This document shows positions 15,620 through 25,750 of a stretch of DNA of 27,305 nucleotides, in pieces. The stretch is taken from assembly GCA_050331235.1 (NCBI GenBank), contig JBHJHA010000105.1, positions 1 through 27,305 on the forward strand, in the 5' to 3' direction. This DNA comes from Leptolyngbyaceae cyanobacterium. Its GTDB lineage: Bacteria > Cyanobacteriota > Cyanobacteriia > Phormidesmidales > Phormidesmidaceae. Each line of letters starts with the position of its first letter. Positions within the stretch are counted from its first letter, which is position 1. Position numbers and translations under genes: made by a program. Below the pieces are notes generated by a model. It did not search any database, was not told where the DNA came from, and was given only the letters and a program-made list of their open reading frames with translations.

Positions 15620-16445
15620 GTAGGGTTTGATAGTGCTTGAGACGGTTGTTGGCCTGCTGGTCCTCAGCATACATTTGCTGCAAACGCTCTACCCGGTTTT
15701 CCGGATGGGGGTGGGTACTGAAAAATTCTGGCGTCCGGCCCCCGCTATTGAGCTTTTGCATAAAGGTGATAAACCCCCGCTGGTCAAAACCGGCTCGCCC
15801 CAAATTTTCGAAACCTAGATCGTCTGCCTCATACTCGGAGCTGCGGCTGTTAGGCAAAAATAGGGCGAGCTGCACACCCAAATTGACTAAGTCATCTTGG
15901 GAAACCCCTAAGGCCCCAACAATGCCATTAGCTAGGGCAATCTCCCGCATGCGATTGACTGAGTGGCGACCGACAATGTGACCGATTTCGTGGGCCATTA
16001 CGCCGGCGAGTTCGGCTTCGCTCTCGGCTTCACGAATCAGACCCGTATTAATGTAGACAAAACCACCTGAGGTCGCAAAGGCATTGACGCTATCGTCAGC
16101 CACAATCTGAAAGGTGTATGGAATATCGCTGCGTTCGCTGTGCGTTGCCAAAAGCTGTCCGAGTTGATTGATGTAGCTGACGACTTCCGGATCACGGTTG
16201 TAAACCCTTACACCCTGACGTTTCAAGGCTTCGTCGGTTTGGCGACCCAACGCCACTTCTTGTTCATCACTCAGATTAGAGAGCTGAACGTATTGAATGC
16301 CGTTAAAGATCAGATCAAAAATATTGATGTCGGCTTTAGAGGGCTGGGGAGTCGCAACGACTAACCCCGCGGCAACGACCATTGCCAATGCTCCATACAT
16401 CCATCGCTGGCCAAATCTACGTAACAAATTCATAAAGGATTTCAT
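15609..16445 (-). CDS. M48-family zinc metallopeptidase (exported)
   Basis: VNAFATSGG, LAGVMAHEIGH, EYEAD, FFSTHP and a signal-like segment. Start is uncertain (ATG 16517, 16445 or later). The 3' end overlaps coaX by 11 nt. Confidence 0.92.
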   Translation of the reverse strand: MKSFMNLLRRFGQRWMYGALAMVVAAGLVVATPQPSKADINIFDLIFNGIQYVQLSNLSDEQEVALGRQTDEALKRQGVRVYNRDPEVVSYINQLGQLLATHSERSDIPYTFQIVADDSVNAFATSGGFVYINTGLIREAESEAELAGVMAHEIGHIVGRHSVNRMREIALANGIVGALGVSQDDLVNLGVQLALFLPNSRSSEYEADDLGFENLGRAGFDQRGFITFMQKLNSGGRTPEFFSTHPHPENRVERLQQMYAEDQQANNRLKHYQTLLNG

Positions 16446-16729
16446 TGGATTTTCCTGCCCCGTGTGCTGCTGCTCCCCATAGGCGTAGGGTGCCTCTTTG
16501 GGCGACTTAATTCTCATAGACGTTGAAATTTGCTTTCAAGTTGCCAGTAAAGTGCTTAAATATGACTCTGACGATGGGAGTGTTTCATCCGTCTGATTCA
16601 GCACTATGCGATATGTGAAAATTGGCGATCGCGCCTCTGGATCTTGGCATTTGGCCCATTGTCACCACTCATTTGTTGGTAGATTACCCGTTTCACCTGC
16701 CTCGTTTGATCTGCTAAAGGTAAGAAAGC

Positions 16730-17269
16730 ATGGCAATTTTAGATTCTAAGGGTCGGCTATTTGGCAAGGTTAGCCTGCTTGATATTGGGGCTGCCCTCGT
16801 CATTTTGATGGTGATCGTAGGCATTTTTATCTTTCCAGGTACCGGGGGCTCAGTCGCTCAAGTAGGGGGCAACACAAAGCCTGTGGAAGTTGACATTATG
16901 GTGCGAGGGCTGACAGTCTCTGACCCTGAGGGCTTGTTTCAAACACTAAAGGAATCTGAAACCACGAATGTGATTATTCGGAACCAGCCCCACGGCGAGG
17001 TCCGTATTAAAGATGTCAAGAAGCTACCGCGCAGCCAAGCTGTGCCGCAGCCGGATGGTACTGTCAAGTCTCTGCCCGATCCGCGTCCGGAGCTGGACTA
17101 TACCATCGACATGCTGATTACGTTGGCTGACGATGCCCTGATTACTGAAAATGGTCCAGTTGTCGGCAATAGTCCAGTTAAGATTGGTACGCAGATTCAG
17201 ATTGAGGGCGACCTCTACAACTTTTACACCAGTACGGTCGGGGTACGCATCTTGGAACCGGAAGGTTAA
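16730..17269 (+). CDS. DUF4330-family cyanobacterial membrane-anchored protein
   Basis: MAILDSKGRLFGKVSLLDIGAALVIL..IIRNQP..VPQPDG..DPRP..KIG. Confidence 0.88.
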   Translation: MAILDSKGRLFGKVSLLDIGAALVILMVIVGIFIFPGTGGSVAQVGGNTKPVEVDIMVRGLTVSDPEGLFQTLKESETTNVIIRNQPHGEVRIKDVKKLPRSQAVPQPDGTVKSLPDPRPELDYTIDMLITLADDALITENGPVVGNSPVKIGTQIQIEGDLYNFYTSTVGVRILEPEG

Positions 17270-17284
17270 GCTAGAGCGGTTGGA

Positions 17285-17638
17285 TTGGGGCAAACAGACG
17301 TGGCTTCAGGTTTTTCCTCAACGGGGCGATCACTCCGTGTACAGCGATGGATTGCCATCTTTTTGATCTCCATGATTTTGCCCCCGTTGTTGATGAGCTT
17401 GTCTTGGATTATGCCTGGGGCGATCGCGGTCGTGCAAACGGGGATTTGTCCTCCCACCCCGCCCGATATTCCAGCCCATTCCTGCTCACTCGGTCAATAC
17501 CTCACCCGCATGACTGTGGGTCTTTGGGCCCTGATGGGGCATCTCATTACCTGGATGTCTTGGTTTGTAGTGAATTTTCTACTATGGGGATTAGGGCTAT
17601 TTGGCGTAGCCCTCTATCGCAATTTGCGAGCTGACTGA
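17285..17638 (+). CDS. small hypothetical membrane protein
   Basis: 117-aa ORF with hydrophobic segments flanking a CPPTPPDIPAHSC loop. The TTG start is uncertain. Confidence 0.55.
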   Translation: MGQTDVASGFSSTGRSLRVQRWIAIFLISMILPPLLMSLSWIMPGAIAVVQTGICPPTPPDIPAHSCSLGQYLTRMTVGLWALMGHLITWMSWFVVNFLLWGLGLFGVALYRNLRAD

Positions 17639-17920
17639 CGCTCCAAATAAGAGGTAGCCGAGCCCCATTTTCGATAGAAGTTGGGCTGGGTGTCAGCAGA
17701 TGGGCTGACTTCTACCAATCTAACCGTTTATTTAGCCTCAGGTAAGCATCCGGTATTGATATTGGAGGTTACTTGAGCGCGCTGACTGACTGCTTGGTCG
17801 ACTACTTCACCCGAATAATATTGACCTTGTTTAGCACTATCACAACGATTTGCTGATCCGCTGCTGCGGAATTCCCCTGTCGTATTAGCCTATAGTTTGG
17901 CCTGTTATCCGTTTCGCATT

Positions 17921-18967
17921 ATGACCTCACCGCTGTCTGTCCCCAACTGGAATCGTCTGGCTGACCAAGCGCTCGCTGGGGAAATCATCAGCCGTGAGGC
18001 GGCCCACCAAGTTTTGGAGGCACCTGATATAGAGCTGTTGGCTCAACTGCACGCGGCCTACCGCGTTCGCCACCATCACTGGGGCAACCGAGTTCGACTG
18101 CATTTTTTACTCAATGCTCAAAGTGGTCTGTGCCCTGAAGACTGTCATTACTGCTCACAGTCCAAAATTTCAACAGCGGAAATTGATAAGTATCCGCTGA
18201 TGGCCAAAGAGCGAGTATTGGCCGCAGCTGAACGGGCTCACACGCTCAAGGCGGGTACTTTTTGCATGGTTATTTCAGGGCGATCGCCCAACGAGCCCAC
18301 CCTTAACCGTATGCTAGAGCTCGTGCGGGCGGTCAAGACCCAGTATCCGATGAAGATTTGTGCCTGCTTGGGGCTGCTAGACGAAGATCAGGTACAGCAG
18401 CTAGCCGCGGCAGGAGTTGACCGAGTCAATCACAACCTCAACACCGCAGAAGCGCATCACGAAAATATCTGCACAACCCATACCTTTCAAGATCGTGTCG
18501 ATACGGTGGCCGCTGTCAAAGCGGCGGGGCTTACGACCTGTTCAGGCGGCATTCTGGGCTTGGGGGAATCAGCGGATGACGTTATTGATTTGGCACTCTC
18601 CTTGCGAGAACTTGAAGTGACCAGCGTACCAGTAAACTTTTTGATTCCTATCTCGGGCACCCCTTTTGCTAATCGCGGCGATCTCAATCCGCGCCAATGT
18701 CTGCGCGCGCTCTGTCTGTTTCGGCTGTTGCTGCCCAGTCAAGAACTGCGGATTGCCGGTGGACGAGAAGTGCAGTTACGATCGCTCCAACCGCTGGGGC
18801 TATATGCGGCAAACTCAATTTTTGTCGGCGACTATCTGACGACACCCGGACAGGCTGCTACGGCAGACTTTGCCATGATTCGCGATGCGGGCTTTGTGCT
18901 CGAAGCGCCTGACGGTTCTGTATTAGAGGGCGATCCAACGGCAGATTTGCAGGCGGCGATCGCGTAG
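17921..18967 (+). CDS. bioB: biotin synthase (radical SAM)
   Basis: [64 protein letters not shown] at 17921 is preferred to TTG at 17897. Confidence 0.97.
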   Translation: MTSPLSVPNWNRLADQALAGEIISREAAHQVLEAPDIELLAQLHAAYRVRHHHWGNRVRLHFLLNAQSGLCPEDCHYCSQSKISTAEIDKYPLMAKERVLAAAERAHTLKAGTFCMVISGRSPNEPTLNRMLELVRAVKTQYPMKICACLGLLDEDQVQQLAAAGVDRVNHNLNTAEAHHENICTTHTFQDRVDTVAAVKAAGLTTCSGGILGLGESADDVIDLALSLRELEVTSVPVNFLIPISGTPFANRGDLNPRQCLRALCLFRLLLPSQELRIAGGREVQLRSLQPLGLYAANSIFVGDYLTTPGQAATADFAMIRDAGFVLEAPDGSVLEGDPTADLQAAIA

Positions 18968-19031
18968 TGTAGCAGTGCCTAAGTTTCCTGCCGCGCCAAG
19001 TTTTTGTTTGCGCTAATTTACGTCTCAACCC

Positions 19032-20402
19032 ATGACCCATTGGCAACAGGGGGAAACCCTCGAAATTGATATTACCGATCTCAGTAGCGACGGCGACGGC
19101 GTTGGTCGCTGGGAAAACCGCGTTGTGTTTGTTCCTAATACGGTGCCGGGCGATCGCGTCCAAGTGCGTTTGGTTTTTGTAAAGCCGGCTTTTGGTCGAG
19201 GCCGTCTGCTAGAGGTGATCAAAGCCTCGAGCGATCGCATTCGCCCACCCTGCATCGTGGCTGATAAATGCGGTGGGTGTCAGTGGCAGCCGGTGGCTTA
19301 TCCCGCTCAACTTGTCGCCAAGCAGCAACAGGTCGTTGATGCCCTAGAGCGCATTGGACAGTTCTCCACCGTTCCGGTCAACTCAATTATCGGGGCAGAT
19401 GAGCCGCTGACCTATCGCAACAAAGCTACATATCCGCTGCGACAATCTGCCGAAGGCACTGTCAAGGCCGGATATTTTCGTAAGGGCACTCACCAAATCA
19501 TCAATCTCAATCAGTGCCCTATTCAAGACGATCTCCTCGACAGTCTACTCGCCGAGGTCAAGGGGGACATCCAGGCGCGGGGCTGGTCAATTTACGACGA
19601 GACGTCTCGTCAGGGGGCGCTGCGTCATCTGGCGCTCAGGGTAGGCCGCCGAACGGGGCAGTTGTTGTTAACGTTAGTCAGTACCACTTGGGATCTGCCT
19701 GACATCGAGACGCAATGTCTAGAGTGGAAGGCCCGATATCCAGACTTAGCGGGGGTATGCATCAACCTCAATCAAAAGTCGGGCAACACAATTTGGGGAT
19801 CAGAAACTCGCTTTGTCATTGGCGAGCCGTATTTAGAGGAACGGTTTGCCAATCTGATCTTTCACATCTACCCCACGACTTTTTTCCAGGTTTACACCGA
19901 GCAGGCCGAGCGGCTGTTAAAGGTCATTTTGGATGAACTACAGCTCCAGGGGACAGAAGTTGTCGTGGACGCCTACTGTGGTATCGGTACGCTGACGCTC
20001 CCGTTGGCTCAGCGAGCAAGCTATTGCCTTGGGCTCGAAGTCCAAACCGAAGCGGTCGAAATCGCCATTGAAAATGCCAAATTGAACAACATTCGCAACG
20101 TGCGGTTTCAAACGGGTAGCGTCGACAAGTTGCTTCCTCAGGTAACTGGCTCCCTCAAAGATCAGACCCCTGACATTGTGGTGCTCGACCCGCCCCGCAA
20201 AGGCTGCGGCGATCGCGTGGTCGACGCTCTGGTGGCACTGCACCCGCAACGCATCGTTTACATGAGCTGCAATCCGGCTACTTTGGCCCGTGACCTCAAG
20301 CGGTTGTGCGGTGAGGGCGGCTATCAGCTCCAGCGAGTTCAGCCCGCTGATTTCTTTCCTCAAACTGCTCATGTAGAGTGTGTCGCGTTTCTGGTAGCGT
20401 AG
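19032..20402 (+). CDS. rlmD: 23S rRNA (uracil-1939-C5)-methyltransferase
   Basis: TRAM domain, C..CGGCQWQ Fe-S motif, YRNKA, FFQV, DAYCGIG, LDPPRKG, SCNPATLARD, DFFPQTAHVE. Confidence 0.96.
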   Translation: MTHWQQGETLEIDITDLSSDGDGVGRWENRVVFVPNTVPGDRVQVRLVFVKPAFGRGRLLEVIKASSDRIRPPCIVADKCGGCQWQPVAYPAQLVAKQQQVVDALERIGQFSTVPVNSIIGADEPLTYRNKATYPLRQSAEGTVKAGYFRKGTHQIINLNQCPIQDDLLDSLLAEVKGDIQARGWSIYDETSRQGALRHLALRVGRRTGQLLLTLVSTTWDLPDIETQCLEWKARYPDLAGVCINLNQKSGNTIWGSETRFVIGEPYLEERFANLIFHIYPTTFFQVYTEQAERLLKVILDELQLQGTEVVVDAYCGIGTLTLPLAQRASYCLGLEVQTEAVEIAIENAKLNNIRNVRFQTGSVDKLLPQVTGSLKDQTPDIVVLDPPRKGCGDRVVDALVALHPQRIVYMSCNPATLARDLKRLCGEGGYQLQRVQPADFFPQTAHVECVAFLVA

Positions 20403-20427
20403 GATAGCCCTATTTCAATCGGTTGGT

Positions 20428-21477
20428 ATGAAGTTCAGCGCGATCGCCCAAAGCATCGGGATCACCGAGACCTCGAGCCTCTCATCATTTCCCGAGCGGG
20501 ATCCTGAGATCACTGGCGTCGCGGCTGTGCAAACCGCCCAGGCCAGTACTTTGAGTTATATTGAGGGGCAAAAATTCAGCCAGTTTGCGGCCAAAACCCA
20601 AGCCAGCGCCCTGATTTTGCCCCAAGATGAGACGCTTCAGGCCGAGGCTGATGAACGAGGCATTGCTTGGCTGAGCACTGCCGATCCCCGCTTAGGGTTT
20701 GCGCGGGCCATTGGGCTGTTTTATCAGCCATTTCAGCCGGCATTAAGCATTCACCCTACAGCGGTAATTGACCCAACTGCTCAGGTAGGTCAAGACGTGG
20801 CGATCGGTGCCTACGCGGTGGTACAAGCCGGAGCCAAAATTGGCGATCGCGTTTGTCTTCATCCCCATGTGGTGGTTTATCCCGACGCCGTAGTGGGCGA
20901 TCGCACAGTGCTACACGCCAGCTGTGTAATTCACGAACGCACTCAGATTGGAACTGACTGCGTGATTCACAGCGGTGCGGCGATTGGGTCTGAAGGGTTT
21001 GGGTTCGTGCCCACAGCAGCAGGGTGGGAAAAAATGGAGCAGTCGGGGATCACCGTGATCGAAGACGGTGTGGAAATTGGCTGCAACTCCACGGTTGATC
21101 GTCCGGCGGTGGGCGAAACGCGCATCCGCCGCGGGACCAAGCTCGACAATATGGTGCACATCGCCCACGGCTGCGAAATCGGCGAGGGTGTGGTGATGGC
21201 AGCCCAAGTTGGCATGGCTGGCGGCGTCACCGTGGGTAACCGAGTCATCTTGGCGGGGCAGGTGGGCATCTCTAATCAAGCGAAAATTGGAGATGGGGCG
21301 ATCGCCACGGCCAAAGCCGGCATCCATAGTGATGTGCCCTCCGGGGAAATCGTCACCGGCATCCCAGCTTTACCTCACAAAGTTTTTCTTAAAGCCTCGG
21401 CGGTCTTTAGTCGCCTGCCGGAAATGCACCGGCCGCTGAGAAAACTCAGCCGACAGACCAACTCAGCCGGCTCCTAA
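20428..21477 (+). CDS. lpxD: UDP-3-O-acylglucosamine N-acyltransferase
   Basis: DPRLGFA, IHPTAVI, hexapeptide repeats, IGSEGFGF, VEIGCNSTVDR, KLDNMVHIAH, AQVG. Confidence 0.97.
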   Translation: MKFSAIAQSIGITETSSLSSFPERDPEITGVAAVQTAQASTLSYIEGQKFSQFAAKTQASALILPQDETLQAEADERGIAWLSTADPRLGFARAIGLFYQPFQPALSIHPTAVIDPTAQVGQDVAIGAYAVVQAGAKIGDRVCLHPHVVVYPDAVVGDRTVLHASCVIHERTQIGTDCVIHSGAAIGSEGFGFVPTAAGWEKMEQSGITVIEDGVEIGCNSTVDRPAVGETRIRRGTKLDNMVHIAHGCEIGEGVVMAAQVGMAGGVTVGNRVILAGQVGISNQAKIGDGAIATAKAGIHSDVPSGEIVTGIPALPHKVFLKASAVFSRLPEMHRPLRKLSRQTNSAGS

Positions 21478-22408
21478 AGGGTTCGATAATCGTGCAGTTG
21501 CGTCCCCTTGCTTTGGCTTTATACAGGGCATTGTCAGCTTGGTCGATGAGCTCATCCGGTGATAGCGATAACTGCGGGATGGCTGATATGCCTCCGGCAC
21601 TGTAGGTGACGTACTTATCTACCCATGAGCTGTCATGGGGGACTGCGGCCTCTGCCAGCCCTTGACGAATCTTGAAGTCAACGGTGGCTAGCCCCTCTTC
21701 GGCGGTATTGGGTAGCAAGACGATGAATTCTTCTCCCCCATATCGAGTGACCAAATCCGTGGGGCGATTTACGGCGTTTTTGATAATCCTGGCAAATTCT
21801 TTGAGGCAGACATCGCCGGCTAAATGCCCATAGCGATCGTTATATTGCTTGAACGCATCTAAATCACACAGGAGTAGTCCTAAGGGCTTTTGCTCTCTCA
21901 ATAGGCGGCCCCATTCTTTCATCAACACAGTTTGAAAATGGTGCCGATTGGCAATGCCTGTCAGGCTATCGGTTTGAGCTGCTTCTTGAAGTTTAGCGTT
22001 GGCCATTTCCAATTGTTTGAGCAGTTCTCGCTCACGCAAAACTCGGCTAATGCGATGGATCAGGATATTGAGATTGAAAGGTTTGACAATAAAGTCAGTG
22101 ACCGGAAAGGCAAAAATGCGATCGACCGATTCCGTATCGTCTAGACCTGTAACCACCAGTACTGGAGGACATTGAGTTCCTAACCTTTCGAACATGATGG
22201 AGCAGCATTGGAAGCCGTCGATGTCGGGGAGCATCAGATCTAGCAGTATGAGGTCGATCGCTTCATGCGCCAGAATCTCTAACCCCGTATGGCCGCAGCT
22301 AGATGTCAGGACCCGAAAATTTTCTGCAGTCAACGCAACTTCTAGCAGAGTTCGCGAGTCCTCATCGTCTTCAATCACTAAAACCGTCGGCTGCTTAGCT
22401 GAGATCAT
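21446..22408 (-). CDS. response-regulator diguanylate cyclase (REC-GGDEF, WspR/PleD-like)
   Basis: VLVIEDD, LLDLMLP (phospho-Asp), VVT, KPF; then DSLTGIANR, DAFKQYNDRYGH, RPTD I-site, RYGGEEF, ALYKAK..GRN. The 3' end overlaps lpxD by 32 nt. Confidence 0.95.
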   Translation of the reverse strand: MISAKQPTVLVIEDDEDSRTLLEVALTAENFRVLTSSCGHTGLEILAHEAIDLILLDLMLPDIDGFQCCSIMFERLGTQCPPVLVVTGLDDTESVDRIFAFPVTDFIVKPFNLNILIHRISRVLRERELLKQLEMANAKLQEAAQTDSLTGIANRHHFQTVLMKEWGRLLREQKPLGLLLCDLDAFKQYNDRYGHLAGDVCLKEFARIIKNAVNRPTDLVTRYGGEEFIVLLPNTAEEGLATVDFKIRQGLAEAAVPHDSSWVDKYVTYSAGGISAIPQLSLSPDELIDQADNALYKAKARGRNCTIIEPFRSRLSWSVG

Positions 22409-22782
22409 TAAACAATCAGCATCTGACTAAGGAGTAAGATGACACTCCAAACATTTCCTTGAATCGTTTCTACATTATATTTTCTCTGGCCTGATTAAAA
22501 GGTTCCATCAATAGGAATGTTCTGTACTCTGTCTGATTTGGTAAATTGCTAAACAGAGCGCTGGTGTCTTTCAGGACTTTCGTGACGAACGGTGCCAGGG
22601 CATTCGATTGCTATTGCCCTATCTTCAACTTAACTGTGGCAAGGTTTTGGTTGCAGCTAAGCTCACGTAGTTATTCCACTCTCCTACCCCCAATTGCTCC
22701 ATTGTTGAAAGTTGGCTCAAAGCGCGATCGCCCCGTGGGGGCATGTAGAATGCGGCAGTAACGCGCTTGTAACTGGGGCAAG

Positions 22783-25344
22783 ATGATGGGTCTGCATTCG
22801 GGGATTACAGCAGTTGGGTTGGCACTCCTGCCGGTTGGGTCCATCTTCATTCCCCTTGAACCCCAAAGGACGATCGCGGCAGCTGCGTTGACTTCTCATC
22901 ATGCTCCCATCGTGTTGGCACAAACCCCATCAACTGCTGCTGCGACCGACCGAGAGCAGCTTGAAACCGGCCTCTATCAGCTGCATCCCGATATTGTGCA
23001 GGTGCGTCCGAGTTCCTCCACAGCCTTATACAGCGACGGCACCGAATTTCGGTCTTGGTCACCCGCAATTACCTTACGAGCGGGACTCTCTGTTGCGGAT
23101 CAACAAGCGATCGCCCTTGCCGCTGCGGCATACGTTATTGATTTTCAACACCAAAAGTCCGGTGCACTGATTCCCCCTAATCCTGACTCGCCGGTTTATG
23201 GCGGTATCATTTTGTTTGTTGAAATTGAGGGGGATAGCTATCCGCAGGTTGATTTTGTTAACTTCACTGTCCTCAGTCGCCAGCCGGAAGTGGTGGACAT
23301 TAGCGTCCGGATTTTGACCGAAGACGCCTATACGGAAACTGCTGTGGCGCGGTTTGCCGACGGTCAGTTCACGCTGACGGCAACCGATCAGCCCGACCCT
23401 GCCGAAATGGCCAATGCTTTACTCGATAACGGTCTTACCCAGCTGTATGACGACGATCTAGCCGCTGCAGAAACCGCTTTTGCGTCCGCTCTCAAATTGT
23501 TTCGTGAGCTGTCGGATGTGAATGGTGAATATGAGGTGTTGCATGGGTTGGTAGCGATTTATGACCAAACGAATCGAGCCAGCGAGGCTAATGAACTACT
23601 GCAACGACAGGCTGTAATTGCGCGATCGCTCGTTGATCCTCTCAAGCTCAGGGCCGTGGCTAAAAAATGGCAATGCCGGGCCGGATGGGGAGCGGCCATC
23701 TCGACATATGAAGACGCCTTGGCGCTTTATCAGAAGAATCGTCCCGATGACTTTGATCTCCGCTTACCGCGTAGCGTTCTCGATGAGGAAATCGCCACGC
23801 TGGCGGCGATGGCCCAGACCCACATCAAAGCGGGACAGTTGTCGGAGGCGGAGGACGTGCTGAGGACAGCGATCGACCTGCTGGATCAGATTTTCGCCAA
23901 CGCTCAGGTAAATCGTGAAGATGATGATCTTGAAATCGACGAAGACATTCGCGAAATTACCGAGTGGTATGGTCAGCCGTTTAGCAGCACCAACTTATAC
24001 CAAATGCTGCAACATGTTCTCCTTCGTCAAGGGCGCCCAGAAGATGCTTTAGTTGCGATCGAACAGGGTCGGACACAGGGCTTGAAAGAACTGCGGGCTA
24101 TTAAACAACCAGGAGAGCGACTGAGCCCACCTAGCCTAGAAGATATGCAGGCGATCGCCCAACGGCGAAATGCCACATTGGTCACCTATAGCTTTGATAC
24201 GTTTATCGACAGTTGCGATGGGGCGGCGGCCCCTGCCCATCTACTGACTTGGGTGATAAAACCAACCGGGGAAATTCAGTTTCACACACAGCCGGTAGAG
24301 TTATCGGCTTTAGCGACGGTTCCCAGTGATGTGCAAAATCTGGTCCAGGAAACTCGTCTGATATTGGGCGCAAGGGGATTGGAAGTCGTCGCAGCCAACT
24401 TTGACGGGACTTCTCGCAGTGTACCGACGGACCGGCCTTACTTGCGGCAACTACATCAGCTGCTGATCGAACCCATTCAGGCTTCGCTCAGCAGTAATCC
24501 CCGCGATCAGGTTATTTTTATTCCAGATTTTGTACTGTTCATGGTGCCGTTTGCGGCGCTCCAAGCCCCTGATGGCACATATCTCATTGATCACCACACG
24601 CCGCTGACGGCTCCTTCGATTCAGGCCTTATCGTTGACGGCGCAATCGCGGCAGCAATCGTTGGATGCGTCTAGTAATCCCTTAATTGTCGGCAATCCGA
24701 CCTATGCACCTGTGCAGCGATTCAACCAACCACCACTGAGGTTGCCGGCGCTGCCTGCTGCTGAGCAAGAGGCCCGCCGCATTGCCGAGTTATTGGCCAC
24801 GGAGCCCCTGATCGGTGATGCCGCCACGAAAACCGACATTCTGCAGCGCTTTGCCAATGCTAGCGTGATGCACTTTGCTACCCATGGGCTGCTAGAAGGA
24901 CTCACACCATTTGACCTGCCGGGGGCGATCGCTGTTGCTCAAACTGATGGCGGGCAAACTGAGTTCATTGATTTGCCCGGCAATCAACAACCAATCTCCC
25001 TCTTTGATTCAGGCCTGATTGACACCAGCGAAATTTTGCTCTTTCGACTGCGGGCAGAGCTCGTAGTGCTAAGTGCCTGCAATACCGGTGGCGGTAACTT
25101 AACTGGCGATGGCGTCAATGGCATATCACGGGCTTTTATTGCGTCTGGAGTGCCCAGCGTTGTAGTGTCGCTGTGGTCAGTGCCCGATGCTCCCACCGGA
25201 GAGCTCATGGCGACCTTTTATGAAGAATGGTTGGCCGGGAGTGATAAGGCCAGTGCCCTGCGCACAGCCATGCTAACGACGCGGGAAAAATACCCCGAAC
25301 CGATTAACTGGGCCGCTTTTACGCTGATCGGAGAAGCTGACTAA
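22783..25344 (+). CDS. TPR + CHAT (caspase-like peptidase) domain protein, probably exported
   Basis: Signal-like N-terminus and TPR-like helices. CHAT motifs LHQLLIEPI, FIPD..LFMVPFAAL, HFATHG and LVVLSAC (His/Cys dyad), SLWSVPD, ALRTAML, WAAF. Confidence 0.93.
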   Translation: MMGLHSGITAVGLALLPVGSIFIPLEPQRTIAAAALTSHHAPIVLAQTPSTAAATDREQLETGLYQLHPDIVQVRPSSSTALYSDGTEFRSWSPAITLRAGLSVADQQAIALAAAAYVIDFQHQKSGALIPPNPDSPVYGGIILFVEIEGDSYPQVDFVNFTVLSRQPEVVDISVRILTEDAYTETAVARFADGQFTLTATDQPDPAEMANALLDNGLTQLYDDDLAAAETAFASALKLFRELSDVNGEYEVLHGLVAIYDQTNRASEANELLQRQAVIARSLVDPLKLRAVAKKWQCRAGWGAAISTYEDALALYQKNRPDDFDLRLPRSVLDEEIATLAAMAQTHIKAGQLSEAEDVLRTAIDLLDQIFANAQVNREDDDLEIDEDIREITEWYGQPFSSTNLYQMLQHVLLRQGRPEDALVAIEQGRTQGLKELRAIKQPGERLSPPSLEDMQAIAQRRNATLVTYSFDTFIDSCDGAAAPAHLLTWVIKPTGEIQFHTQPVELSALATVPSDVQNLVQETRLILGARGLEVVAANFDGTSRSVPTDRPYLRQLHQLLIEPIQASLSSNPRDQVIFIPDFVLFMVPFAALQAPDGTYLIDHHTPLTAPSIQALSLTAQSRQQSLDASSNPLIVGNPTYAPVQRFNQPPLRLPALPAAEQEARRIAELLATEPLIGDAATKTDILQRFANASVMHFATHGLLEGLTPFDLPGAIAVAQTDGGQTEFIDLPGNQQPISLFDSGLIDTSEILLFRLRAELVVLSACNTGGGNLTGDGVNGISRAFIASGVPSVVVSLWSVPDAPTGELMATFYEEWLAGSDKASALRTAMLTTREKYPEPINWAAFTLIGEAD

Positions 25345-25750
25345 CGTCAATTCCGGTTAAGCAGCGGGTGGCAGCGCCCACTCTAACAGCAAAGCTGGTT
25401 GCTTTGGTTGACGGCAATGAGCAATCAGATCGCAGCCGAGATTGACCATAAATTTGGTGGAACTACGATGCCGAGGATGTTCGATCTGCGCAATATTCTT
25501 CAGTTGGTCAATCACCGACTCAATGATGGTACGCTTTCTGGCTAGGAGTTTGTCGGTCAACCGCATCAACTTGTTTTTCAGATTCCGCTTGGCTTGGCGA
25601 AGAATTCAATCCCCAGTCCTGCAGCGGCTTTTGCGCCAACGGTTGGGAGAGATATCCCCGGTCGGCCAAGACTTTACCAAATCAGCCACTGAGCCAGTCC
25701 GCAGCGGGCTTGCGATCGTCGATATTCCCTGCGGTAACGGTGATATTCAA
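25344..25750 (-). mobile_element. IS982-family remnant (degenerate 3' part), cut by IS1634
   Basis: LNITVTAGNIDDRKP..SG*FGKVLADRGYLSQ../[34 protein letters not shown] (stop 25357-25359). End ACGTCAATTCCGG starts at 25344. Confidence 0.9.

Noticed and set aside
21446..21477. Convergent 3' overlaps (lpxD/REC-GGDEF 32 nt; coaX/M48 11 nt)
   Set aside because: Short tail-to-tail overlaps are common in bacteria.
2521..25208. Many 60-160 aa antisense or alternate-frame ORFs inside long genes
   Set aside because: These are shadow ORFs expected in GC-rich coding DNA and show no recognisable motifs.
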